Of a DNA stretch of 64,000 nucleotides, positions 10,852-19,803 are shown one piece after another. The DNA comes from Planctomycetota bacterium (GTDB taxonomy: Bacteria > Planctomycetota > PLA2 > JAEUHO01), in the NCBI GenBank assembly GCA_965222115.1, contig CBDCTJ010000005.1, forward strand, positions 1-64,000, in the 5' to 3' direction. The position numbers and the translations under genes were made by a program. Within the stretch, counting starts at the first letter, position 1; each line of letters begins with the position of its first letter. The notes under the pieces were generated by a model. The model was not told the DNA's origin. It did no database searches and saw only the letters and a program-made list of their open reading frames with translations.

Positions 10852-11955
10852 ATGAAAACAACGGCTATCGCAATCTCGTCACTAACGCTCTTGTTCACCG
10901 CTTCGCTATTCGGTGCCTATTCGCACGCCGAAGACACGCCTGCGGTCAAGTCGCCGCCAAAGGTCAGCGAGACCGAAGATGCGCCGGCTGACGCCAAGCA
11001 AGAAACGAAAAAGAAACAGGCGCCCACGAAAGTTGAGCGTCCCATGCTGTGGCGCATCACACCAAAGGAGCCGGGAACCGAAAAGACGGGTGACTATTAT
11101 CTATTCGGTACGATCCATGTACCTGATACGCGCGTGCTTGCCATGCACCCTGCAAGTACACGCGCGTTCGAAAACGCGGACGCCGTGTATACCGAGATCG
11201 ACCTCGTCAAAGACGCTGCGGCGCAAGCCAAGGCCTTGTCGCTACCGGCAGACAAGAAACTCAAAGAGGTCATTGGGGAAGACCTTTACAACCGGCTTGA
11301 GGCCCGAATCAAGAGTTACATTCCGGCACTCACCGTGGAAGGCATCGGCGTCAGCTTGATTCCCTCGGCATGGGCAATATTCCTCCCGCAGTTGGAACTC
11401 ATGAAACGGTATCCCGGCGGCCAGCCCCTCGATGCACAGCTTTCGATGAAGGCGAGGAAAGCAAATAAGACTGTAGCGGGTCTTGAAGATCCGCGCCGCC
11501 AGACCGCACTATTCACGAGTCTCTCGGATGCTCAGCAAATCGAAGTGTTGACGGCTACCCTTGACGAGCTCGACAAGGTGGAGAAGGAGAAGCTCGATCC
11601 GCTTGGTGATTTGATCAATATGTACCTCGAAGGGGATATTGAGAAGATGATCGCCTACTTCCAAAAGGAAATGAACAAGGACACTTTGAGCAAAGAGCTC
11701 AAAGAACTATTCATGACCAAAATGCTCTTTGAGCGCAACAAACACATCGCAATCAAGATGGATGAACTCATCAAGGCCCAACCCACCAAGAACCATTTTT
11801 TCGCCATCGGTGCCATGCACTGCATGGGCGAGAAAAAGGTGCAGGACACATTGCGGACGTTGGGCTATTCCTGGGAGCGCGTCACGTCGGAGGGCGCCGA
11901 CGCCGCTTCCGACAAAAAGCCATCCGCCACCGAAGAGCCCGCACCCACAAAGTAG
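10852..11955 (+). CDS. TraB/GumN family protein
   Basis: Signal peptide; YLFGTIHV, GLE...Q, ERNKHI and FFAIGAMH motifs. Confidence 0.9.
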   Translation: MKTTAIAISSLTLLFTASLFGAYSHAEDTPAVKSPPKVSETEDAPADAKQETKKKQAPTKVERPMLWRITPKEPGTEKTGDYYLFGTIHVPDTRVLAMHPASTRAFENADAVYTEIDLVKDAAAQAKALSLPADKKLKEVIGEDLYNRLEARIKSYIPALTVEGIGVSLIPSAWAIFLPQLELMKRYPGGQPLDAQLSMKARKANKTVAGLEDPRRQTALFTSLSDAQQIEVLTATLDELDKVEKEKLDPLGDLINMYLEGDIEKMIAYFQKEMNKDTLSKELKELFMTKMLFERNKHIAIKMDELIKAQPTKNHFFAIGAMHCMGEKKVQDTLRTLGYSWERVTSEGADAASDKKPSATEEPAPTK

Positions 11956-14510
11956 CTCGGCGCATTGGTATTCTCGGCAGACGCGCTAGGCGCGGCGTTT
12001 GGTTGCTTCGACGGCGGCCCAAGCCGATCCAAGAGCGCCACGACGAGCTTGAGCGCGTTCTCTTTATTCTGCGGACCAGTACTTGTGCGTGGCCCCACAC
12101 AGGATGGGCACCCGGCCGCACACAAACACGAGCGAATTCGGTCTCGCGCGCCAGCCAAGAGCGCGGGCACGCGCTCGTGCAACGCTTCTGCTAAGCCAAT
12201 GCCACCAGAATATTGGTCGTACAAAAAGATCGTGGGTTGAAACTCTTCGGGCGGCGGTTCCGCGGGTTGCCCGGGACGCATGGGTCTCGAGAACCACTCT
12301 TTGCTGCGGTCGCCAATGACAACGCCCATGTCGCGCACATCGCACATGAGCAATAGAGACGCCAAGCTGTGGCACACATAGGCCGTGGCGTGAAGTGCGT
12401 CGATGAGTTCGCTGGTTGCAAAGCCAAGCTCACGAAGCACATCGCGCGGCACCGTGAACCATGTGCTCTGTGTGTGATAGATGTCTTCGGGCAAGGTGAT
12501 GTCGCCCCAGCCCAAATTCTCTTGCGTGTAGAACTTGATCTTCTTGTAGCCAATCGCCTTGCGCACGACTTCCACTTCACCGTACTCCGCCTCAAAGGGC
12601 TCTCGTGGAGGATGAACATCGGCATCCTTCGGCGTTGGACGCGGCGCCAACGGTTCGTCGTCGAGTGGATCGCCACCCAAACGCGCGTCGGGTTCAGCAC
12701 CATCAGGCACCAACGCACCGCGAAGCACGTGCAAGATCTTCACCTTGGCATAACTCAGTGCGTCGGTGTAGTACTCCGATTCCACGCGACGCACGTAGGC
12801 CTTGCGGCGATCCCAATCCAACTTGTCCACATGATATTGCTCGGACTGCAACAAGTAGATTGCGCCCTCGTAAAGCGTGGTGAATGCCCACGAGTAATCC
12901 ACCTCCGCAATGACTTGATTGGTGGTGCCCGAATCTTTGGTGCAATCCACCACGACAAAGTTGGTGCTGGTCACACTGCGCAAACTCAAGTCGTTGGCGG
13001 GATATACATCGGCCGACCAATGCCAGCGCCCACCGGTATGTCGCACGGTGCCCTGTTCTTCCAACCACTCAAGCAACAGCGGAATCTCGGCCTTCGCGTC
13101 GTCACTGGCTCCCAGCACCTCGTCGTCATCAATGGGCAGCTCAAACGCGGCGCACTTGAGATGACTGACGAGAATCTGCAGGTTGTCGGGGTTGATCTGT
13201 GCGGCTTCGGGCGACGCATCGAGCAAGAACTCGGGATGGTCGGCGATGTATTGATCCAAGGGATGCGAACGCAAGACGAGAACGGCCGCCGACGCCCCTT
13301 GCCGACGCCCCGCGCGCCCAGCCTGCTGCCTTGTGCTGGCGATGGTGCCCGGATAGCCCGCAAGCACACAAGCATCGAGCGCGCCGATGTCCACGCCCAG
13401 TTCCAACGCATTTGTCGATACAACACCAAGGATGGAGCCCCTGCGAAGGCCCTGCTCAATGGCGCGGCGCTCCTTCGGTAGATAACCACCGCGATATCCA
13501 ACAATGCGCGGCGCATCCCCCACCCGCCTTCGAAAGAGATCCTTCAAATACTTGGTCATGACCTCGGTCACGGTGCGCGCACCACAGAAACAAATCGTGT
13601 GAATGTTGCGTTGCAAAAATGCCGCCGCCACGCGTCGCGCAACCGAGAGATAGGACGCACGCAGTCCCAACGTGGGATTCACAATGGGCGGATTGAGCAT
13701 AAGAAAATGACGCTCACCCAAGGGCGCGCCGTGTTTGTCGATGAGTGTGACATCGCTCTCGAGCATGCGCGATGCAAAGGACTTGGCATTGGAGATGGTT
13801 GCGCTTGTGCAAATGAACACCGGGTCGGATCCGTGAAAGCGACACACGCGCCGAAGCCGACGCAACACATTGGCCAAGTGACTGCCAAAGACACCGCGAT
13901 AGGTGTGCAATTCGTCGATCACGACGTATCGGAGATTCTCAAACAAGCGCATCCAACGCGCATGATGAGGAAGAATGGCCGTGTGCAACATATCGGGATT
14001 GCTAAGGACGACATGACTGCGATCACGAACTATCCGACGTTCGTTCGGCGGTGTATCGCCGTCATACACCGCAGACCCGAGCGAGGGCTCGGCCGCCCGC
14101 ATCAACTCACCAAGTTCGGCCGCCTGATCGCGGGACAGCGCTTTCGTTGGAAACAAGTAAAGGGCACGCGCACCGGGGTCTTCCAGTAACGCCTGCAGAA
14201 TGGGGAGGTTGTAGCAAAGCGTTTTTCCACTCGCTGTTGGCGTAACGACAACGGCGCTCTTTCCGGCAGTGACCACGTCGTAGGCATTACGCTGATGAAC
14301 GTAGAGCTGCTTGACACCACGGGCTTCGAGCGCTGGCAACAGCCTCGGATCGAGCCCGTCCGGCAGCGGGGCATAGACCGCCTCGGTGGCGGGCAATACG
14401 CGATGGGCGACCACGTCGCCGAGGGTAGGCGCGGCGTCGATGACCTCCCGCAGCGCTGCACGGACCTCGGGCCGGCGACGCCGCTCGTCCACATGCGGTT
14501 TCGATATCAT
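11865..14510 (-). CDS. mrfA: DEAD/DEAH-box helicase with DUF1998 Zn domain (MrfA/YprA/Hrq1 family)
   Basis: TPTASGKT, FPTKAL, DELHTYRGVFGSH, SATI, TNALELGVDIG, QQAGRAGRR; C-terminal YD..GGIG and CxCxxGCPSC. Confidence 0.9.
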   Translation of the reverse strand: MISKPHVDERRRRPEVRAALREVIDAAPTLGDVVAHRVLPATEAVYAPLPDGLDPRLLPALEARGVKQLYVHQRNAYDVVTAGKSAVVVTPTASGKTLCYNLPILQALLEDPGARALYLFPTKALSRDQAAELGELMRAAEPSLGSAVYDGDTPPNERRIVRDRSHVVLSNPDMLHTAILPHHARWMRLFENLRYVVIDELHTYRGVFGSHLANVLRRLRRVCRFHGSDPVFICTSATISNAKSFASRMLESDVTLIDKHGAPLGERHFLMLNPPIVNPTLGLRASYLSVARRVAAAFLQRNIHTICFCGARTVTEVMTKYLKDLFRRRVGDAPRIVGYRGGYLPKERRAIEQGLRRGSILGVVSTNALELGVDIGALDACVLAGYPGTIASTRQQAGRAGRRQGASAAVLVLRSHPLDQYIADHPEFLLDASPEAAQINPDNLQILVSHLKCAAFELPIDDDEVLGASDDAKAEIPLLLEWLEEQGTVRHTGGRWHWSADVYPANDLSLRSVTSTNFVVVDCTKDSGTTNQVIAEVDYSWAFTTLYEGAIYLLQSEQYHVDKLDWDRRKAYVRRVESEYYTDALSYAKVKILHVLRGALVPDGAEPDARLGGDPLDDEPLAPRPTPKDADVHPPREPFEAEYGEVEVVRKAIGYKKIKFYTQENLGWGDITLPEDIYHTQSTWFTVPRDVLRELGFATSELIDALHATAYVCHSLASLLLMCDVRDMGVVIGDRSKEWFSRPMRPGQPAEPPPEEFQPTIFLYDQYSGGIGLAEALHERVPALLAGARDRIRSCLCAAGCPSCVGPRTSTGPQNKENALKLVVALLDRLGPPSKQPNAAPSASAENTNAPSYFVGAGSSVADGFLSEAASAPSDVTRSQE

Positions 14511-14675
14511 CGCGTCCGTCCTCCCGGCTCAACCTAGAGGAGGACGCATGAACTGAGCCCTCCCCCATTGAATCACCCTAAGGCACTGAAGGGACAGGCC
14601 GCGCGGGCCCGATGATGTGATAGAAGGCGTGAGACGCTAACGCCTCCAACCGCGTTTGAACCCAGGAGTTCGTCC

Positions 14676-15494
14676 ATGAATCGCCGGCGCCGCCTACGGA
14701 TCCGATCCGAACAACCGGTGACGCTTTCGCCTGAGGAGGTCGAGGGCATGCGCGTGGCCGGCCAGTTTGCCGCCAGCATTTTGGATGAGGTCGAGAAGAT
14801 GATTGCGCCGGGCCTCAACACCCAGGCCATCGACGATCTGGTTCATGAAATGACCGAGGCCAAGGGCGCCGTGAGCGCGCCGTATCAGTATTGGCCCCCC
14901 GGCACGCGCGTTCCGTTTCCGGGTCACTGCTGCACATCCATCAACCACGTCGTGTGCCACGGCATCCCAAGCAAGGACGACGTGCTTCGCGAAGGCGACA
15001 TTATCAATGTGGATGTTACGCCCCGCTTAGACGGCTTTCACGGCGACACATCACGCACATTCATGGTGGGCTCGGTGGATCCCGAAACACGGCGATTGGT
15101 CAAAGACACCTATCGCGCCCTCGTCATTGGCATCGAACAAGTCAAACCCGGCAACACCATCGGCGACATTGGCCACGCCATTCAGACGTTCGCCGAAGAA
15201 CGCGGCCACGGTGTGGTGCGTCAGTTTGCGGGACACGGCATCGGCAAGGTCTTTCACGGCCCACCCAGCGTGGTGCACTACGGTAATCCCGGCGAGGGCA
15301 TGGTCATACGACCCGGCATGACCTTCACCATCGAACCCATGATCAACATCGGCGACTGGCGCTGCACCCTCCTCGACGACCACTGGACCGTCGTCACCAG
15401 CGACGGCACCCTCAGCGCCCAGTTCGAACACACCATCACCGTCACAGAGACTGGTGTGGAGGTGTTGACGTTGCCCGAGGGCGCCGAACTCTAG
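14676..15494 (+). CDS. map: Type I methionine aminopeptidase
   Basis: CTSINHVVCHGIP, DVT..GFHGDTSRTF, GHGIG..FH, FTIEPMIN, SAQFEHT. Confidence 0.97.
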   Translation: MNRRRRLRIRSEQPVTLSPEEVEGMRVAGQFAASILDEVEKMIAPGLNTQAIDDLVHEMTEAKGAVSAPYQYWPPGTRVPFPGHCCTSINHVVCHGIPSKDDVLREGDIINVDVTPRLDGFHGDTSRTFMVGSVDPETRRLVKDTYRALVIGIEQVKPGNTIGDIGHAIQTFAEERGHGVVRQFAGHGIGKVFHGPPSVVHYGNPGEGMVIRPGMTFTIEPMINIGDWRCTLLDDHWTVVTSDGTLSAQFEHTITVTETGVEVLTLPEGAEL

Positions 15495-15556
15495 CCCTGG
15501 TCGCTACCTAACACCTACAAACTTTTCCCATTCTTCTGGGCTATGGCGGGCCTAGG

Positions 15557-17275
15557 ATGGCGCGCATGGATCGACGGAAGGCCCGCATGCTGCGCATTCT
15601 CGGAGACGGGGTACGTCCCGTCTGCGACCCGCCGACCGATGGGCCGGTGCTGCGTCAGGTGCACTCGACGTCTATGCCCTCCAGCGAGAATGCCAAGAGT
15701 AATCGAGTCGACAGGGACACGGCGGCTTGGGAGCGGGAGCAACGGAAGGACGCGATTCGAAAACGTCTCGCCTACTTCAGTCGGCGCGATGCGCAGCCCA
15801 ACGGTTCACGCGTATCAATGGACCGTGATGATGAACGATTCCCTGACTTGGCGCCGCCCGCCATGCCAACGACGGATAGATGCCCACCACACTTGACACC
15901 CGCGCGCGATGATTTGGGTCAGCGACTTCACGCGGGCGTACGCACGACGCCCTGCGGTGAGTGTTTGCAAACAGAACGCGTCTATTCGCTCAGCGGGATC
16001 CACGGAACAACGAGTCTCGCCGATGCCGCAACACTCACACACTTCTTGCAGCCTCGTGAGCGACTCATTACCAATACCCACACCATCGACCTCAACCGCG
16101 CCGTGTTTTTGGATACAGAAACCACCGGACTCGTAGGCGGGACGGGCACCGTTGCGTTCATGGTTGGCACGGGTCGCGTAGAAAAGCGTGCACACCTAGG
16201 TCATGTATTTGTCGTGCGTCAATATGCAATGCGCGACTATCCCGATGAAGCCGCCATGCTCCATGCATTGCAAGAGGACATCGGCGACGCGCCGCTCATT
16301 ACATTCAATGGACGCTCCTACGACTGGCCGCTCTTGCAGACCCGCTGGCGCATGCACCGACCGCTTTGGCGTAAGCTGGGACTCGACATGACGCGTGCCA
16401 TTCCGGCCGGGCGCGCGCATATGGACCTTTTGCTCCATGCAAGGCGACTTTGGTCCAAGACGCTTCACTCGCGTTCGCTCAGCACCCTTGAGCGCCACGT
16501 GCTTGGCCTCGATCGCGGCGAAGACTTGTCGGGCGCGGGCATTCCGAATGCGTGGTTTCACTATCTCAAGTCGGGCGATGGCAGCGTCCTCGCACGCGCC
16601 TTCGAACACAATGTGATCGACATCGTGAGCATGGTTGCGTTGCTCTGTCATGTAAGTCGCATCGTGGCCAAACCCAAGATTCCCGTGCCGCCGCCGGGCG
16701 ATCATCTCGGCGCCGCGAAGCTCATGCTTGCATTGGACTTGCCCGATCGGGCGGTGGAATCGCTTGAAACAGGGCTGCACGTAACTTCCGATGAGGCCTC
16801 CGGCGGAACGTCGCGAAATGAGGCCCGCCCCCTTCATCGCCTCCTTGCCAAGATTCATCGGCGAGCGGGCAATTTCCAGGCGGCCATCAAGCACTACAAA
16901 GCGGCGGCAACCTCGGCCTCCGCCGAAAGCACGGGCGTGCCCATTGAGACCCGTTTGAGGGAGGGCGTGGGGTTGAGGAACGGCAAACGAGATTCGGAGC
17001 CACCCTCAACGGCGTCTTCCACTGCCCCTCGCACTGCCTCAAACCAGGCTCCCCCCGGCCACGGACGAATTGAAGCCGGTCGACTCGATATTGATGCGTG
17101 CGAGCACGTTGCCAAGCTCTATGAGCATCGTTTTCGCCGCTTTGACGCCGCGCTTGCATGGACCGACCTCGCCCTCGACCACGTTCGCGATGGCACCAGC
17201 ACACAGCGCGAACTCTTACACCGCGCAGAACGATTACGGCGACGACTGGCTCGCGCCGCGGAGCAGAGTTCGTAG
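15557..17275 (+). CDS. mrfB: RNase H-like (DEDDh) exonuclease with TPR-like tail, MrfB/YprB family
   Basis: FLDTETTGL, TFNGRSYDWPLL, DLLLHARRLW, SLSTLERHVLG, HNVIDIVS; C-terminal AKLYEHR helix repeats. Start codon uncertain. Confidence 0.85.
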   Translation: MARMDRRKARMLRILGDGVRPVCDPPTDGPVLRQVHSTSMPSSENAKSNRVDRDTAAWEREQRKDAIRKRLAYFSRRDAQPNGSRVSMDRDDERFPDLAPPAMPTTDRCPPHLTPARDDLGQRLHAGVRTTPCGECLQTERVYSLSGIHGTTSLADAATLTHFLQPRERLITNTHTIDLNRAVFLDTETTGLVGGTGTVAFMVGTGRVEKRAHLGHVFVVRQYAMRDYPDEAAMLHALQEDIGDAPLITFNGRSYDWPLLQTRWRMHRPLWRKLGLDMTRAIPAGRAHMDLLLHARRLWSKTLHSRSLSTLERHVLGLDRGEDLSGAGIPNAWFHYLKSGDGSVLARAFEHNVIDIVSMVALLCHVSRIVAKPKIPVPPPGDHLGAAKLMLALDLPDRAVESLETGLHVTSDEASGGTSRNEARPLHRLLAKIHRRAGNFQAAIKHYKAAATSASAESTGVPIETRLREGVGLRNGKRDSEPPSTASSTAPRTASNQAPPGHGRIEAGRLDIDACEHVAKLYEHRFRRFDAALAWTDLALDHVRDGTSTQRELLHRAERLRRRLARAAEQSS

Positions 17276-17285
17276 AATCCACGGC

Positions 17286-17765
17286 ATGGCACGATCAAAA
17301 TCGAAGAACTCGAAACCCATCGCATCCGACACGGCGCGCATTCGCACGCTCATTCCGCCCGGCGGATTTAACAACGAAGTAGGCCATCATCTTGCGGCCC
17401 TTGACGTCGGTCTCGATCTTATTCGCGCCTCAGCCGACGGAGCAGGCAATGGAGCGATTCCCCCACTGAAGTCCATCGGTGAGCTCGAGCGTGCCTGGGT
17501 ACACGAAGCAATTGGCGATGTACCCACACCCGCAGCGCCGGATGATTCAAAGGACGTTGACGCGTGGCTGGGCTGGCTCGACAGCGTGCGCACGGTGACC
17601 GTTATGGTGCTACGTTCACTCAGTGAACGCGACTTGGAACGCCTCATAGAGATTGACGGCAAATACGAGATAGACGGCGAAAACGATGCAGCGCCGCGCA
17701 CCGTAAAACGTGTACTCGCGGAGCTGCTGTTTCGTCAAGGCGTGCTGGCAGGCTCCATCAAATAA
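17286..17765 (+). CDS. Hypothetical protein, degenerate DinB/YfiT-like four-helix bundle
   Basis: ERAWV...LDSVR..T...LRSLSERDLER...TVKRVL pattern resembles the DinB family, but the metal-binding His residues are missing. Confidence 0.45.
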   Translation: MARSKSKNSKPIASDTARIRTLIPPGGFNNEVGHHLAALDVGLDLIRASADGAGNGAIPPLKSIGELERAWVHEAIGDVPTPAAPDDSKDVDAWLGWLDSVRTVTVMVLRSLSERDLERLIEIDGKYEIDGENDAAPRTVKRVLAELLFRQGVLAGSIK

Positions 17766-17838
17766 GCCGAGCGCGCTCTGCAACGCCGCGTCGCGCAATT
17801 GGTTAGTCACTTGCGTTCAGTAGTTAGTCGCTGGCGTT

Positions 17839-18261
17839 CTACTTACCTACCGGTCGCGCCATGATGCGCTTCTTGATGTCGGCCAGGAGCGCGGCCTCTT
17901 CTTTGGTTTCAATCGGCAAGTCGTTCTTCATGGACACGGCAAGTGTCTCGAGACCGCGAATCAGTGTCTCGCGGCTTTGTGCCGGCAAGGCGCGCTGCGT
18001 AAAACCTTGCGCGCGCACGAGCGAGGCCAATTTCGTCAATCCATCAGCGCGCGCCTTATTGGCAAGCATGTAGGCCGAGAGTCGCTGCTCGCGTCCGTGG
18101 AGGTAATGCACTTCCCGCTCAAGAATCGCCAAACGGTCTTCGGTGGCCATGCGCGCACGAGCGTTGATGTCGCGCTGGGCGTCGGCGAGGGCGAAACCGC
18201 CTACGCCGGCAAGGAAGGCCATGGCCAAAGCACCTACAAATGCGCCACGTGAACCCGTCAT
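17839..18261 (-). CDS. Hypothetical membrane-anchored/secreted coiled-coil protein
   Basis: AGGAG SD before the ATG at 18261; N-terminal hydrophobic helix followed by helical sequence. Confidence 0.6.
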   Translation of the reverse strand: MTGSRGAFVGALAMAFLAGVGGFALADAQRDINARARMATEDRLAILEREVHYLHGREQRLSAYMLANKARADGLTKLASLVRAQGFTQRALPAQSRETLIRGLETLAVSMKNDLPIETKEEAALLADIKKRIMARPVGK

Positions 18262-18395
18262 TGCGACTCCTTCCTCGAACTGCCTACACCTGAGCGCTCG
18301 AACAACCTGAATCGGGAGGTAGCCTACCGGGAATCGGCGACCTGCCCTCGATTCCAACCGTGTGCGGGCGAGTTTCGTCGTCTGGAGTTTGAAGC

Positions 18396-19670
18396 GTGCG
18401 CAACTGGCTCGGTCCCCTTCTCGTATTTCTGGTGTTTGGCGGCATTGCCTTGCGGGTTGTGGATGCGCCCAGCGTGGACGTTCTTCGGGACCGCGTGACC
18501 AAAGAAATGCGCATGGCAAACCCGGAAGGTGCGCGGGCGGCGGTGAATAACTACCTCGCACGTCGAGATAATGAGACATCACGGAACTTTGCTGCCGACG
18601 TTCTGTTTCGGTTGGGTTCGTGGCGCGAAGCGCTGGCACTCAAGTCAAAGGACGCCCAGTTGCATACCGATGCGGCGACGAGTCGCAACGTGGCTCGGCA
18701 GGCCTTGGCCGCGCTGGCATGGAACGACTTGGAACGAAAAGATCCAAGTCCGCTGGAACCCGAAGTGATTTGCACGCTTGCGCAAGGGGGTGACGCGTGG
18801 GCGGAGAGTCGCCTTTCTGATATCGCGCGCAACGCAGAGTTTACGCGTGTGTTTCCGTTCTTCATGCGCTCCTTCGACGGATTCGCTCCACGCGCCGTCG
18901 CCATTCTGAGATGCGGTGCGCAACCACGAACCGAAGAGACGGCGGAGATTGCGGTGGCCGTTGCAAGTGCACTCGACATCTCATCCCCCATGCCGCCCGA
19001 CGATGCTGATGTGCTGGTCGAGACCATCACAGGCGACACGTGGCGCGAGCGCTCGCCATTCATTTGGTATTACGCCGCGCTGGCCTTTGGACTCACGGGC
19101 GACGCGCGCACCGATGAAGTGACCGACGCAGCCCTGCGCAAAATGCCAGACGGTCCCGATCCGCACTTGGATCCAGATCGTGCGCGACTTCGGCTGGCCA
19201 AGCACCAACGCGGCTGGCTAAAAACCACAGACGGCGAACAGTGGCGAAGCGCGGAGAAGCCGGATTTACCTTCAGCCGAATGGATCGCGCGTTATGTGTG
19301 TCGTGACGTGTTACGGGGCGATGCCGAGGCGAAGGAGCAATACGCCGACTTATGGCGCCAACCCGGACAGGACGTGGAACTGCTGCGGCTCCGACTCGCG
19401 GGGCCCTATCTGCTCGCCGCCAAGAAGGACACGGGCCTGCCCGATGAGAACATGTTGCGGGATCTAGACGGGCTGTCCAAAGAAGCGCAGATTTATGCCC
19501 AGGCCTGGCGCCTTCGTCGCGGGGATCCGGCGGCGCGCAAGACGTTGTGGACGTGGGTTGAATCCTGGGGCAGCCAAGAGATCGACGTCAACCAGGAGTC
19601 GGTCGAGGCAAAGCGCCTGCTCGGCGCGCTGCGCGCGCTCTACCTCTACGACGACATGCCCTCGAACTAG
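18396..19670 (+). CDS. Hypothetical membrane-anchored alpha-helical (TPR/HEAT-like) protein
   Basis: 424-aa ORF with an N-terminal TM segment; Ala/Leu-rich helical repeats. Confidence 0.6.
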   Translation: MRNWLGPLLVFLVFGGIALRVVDAPSVDVLRDRVTKEMRMANPEGARAAVNNYLARRDNETSRNFAADVLFRLGSWREALALKSKDAQLHTDAATSRNVARQALAALAWNDLERKDPSPLEPEVICTLAQGGDAWAESRLSDIARNAEFTRVFPFFMRSFDGFAPRAVAILRCGAQPRTEETAEIAVAVASALDISSPMPPDDADVLVETITGDTWRERSPFIWYYAALAFGLTGDARTDEVTDAALRKMPDGPDPHLDPDRARLRLAKHQRGWLKTTDGEQWRSAEKPDLPSAEWIARYVCRDVLRGDAEAKEQYADLWRQPGQDVELLRLRLAGPYLLAAKKDTGLPDENMLRDLDGLSKEAQIYAQAWRLRRGDPAARKTLWTWVESWGSQEIDVNQESVEAKRLLGALRALYLYDDMPSN

Positions 19671-19803
19671 TCCGGGCTAGACCGTGCAAGCGATCCCAAG
19701 CAGCGCTCATTCGGCCATAAGCACTTTCGGGGTGGGACTGTCGCCGGGAGTGGGCAGAATCGCGCGTCTACGGGAACCCAGTCACCCCTCAATGAGGCCT
19801 CTC

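Noticed and set aside
12369-14189. Long plus-strand ORFs opposite the helicase (and similar ORFs opposite other genes)
   Set aside because: These are antisense shadows typical of high-GC coding DNA, with no protein-like motifs.
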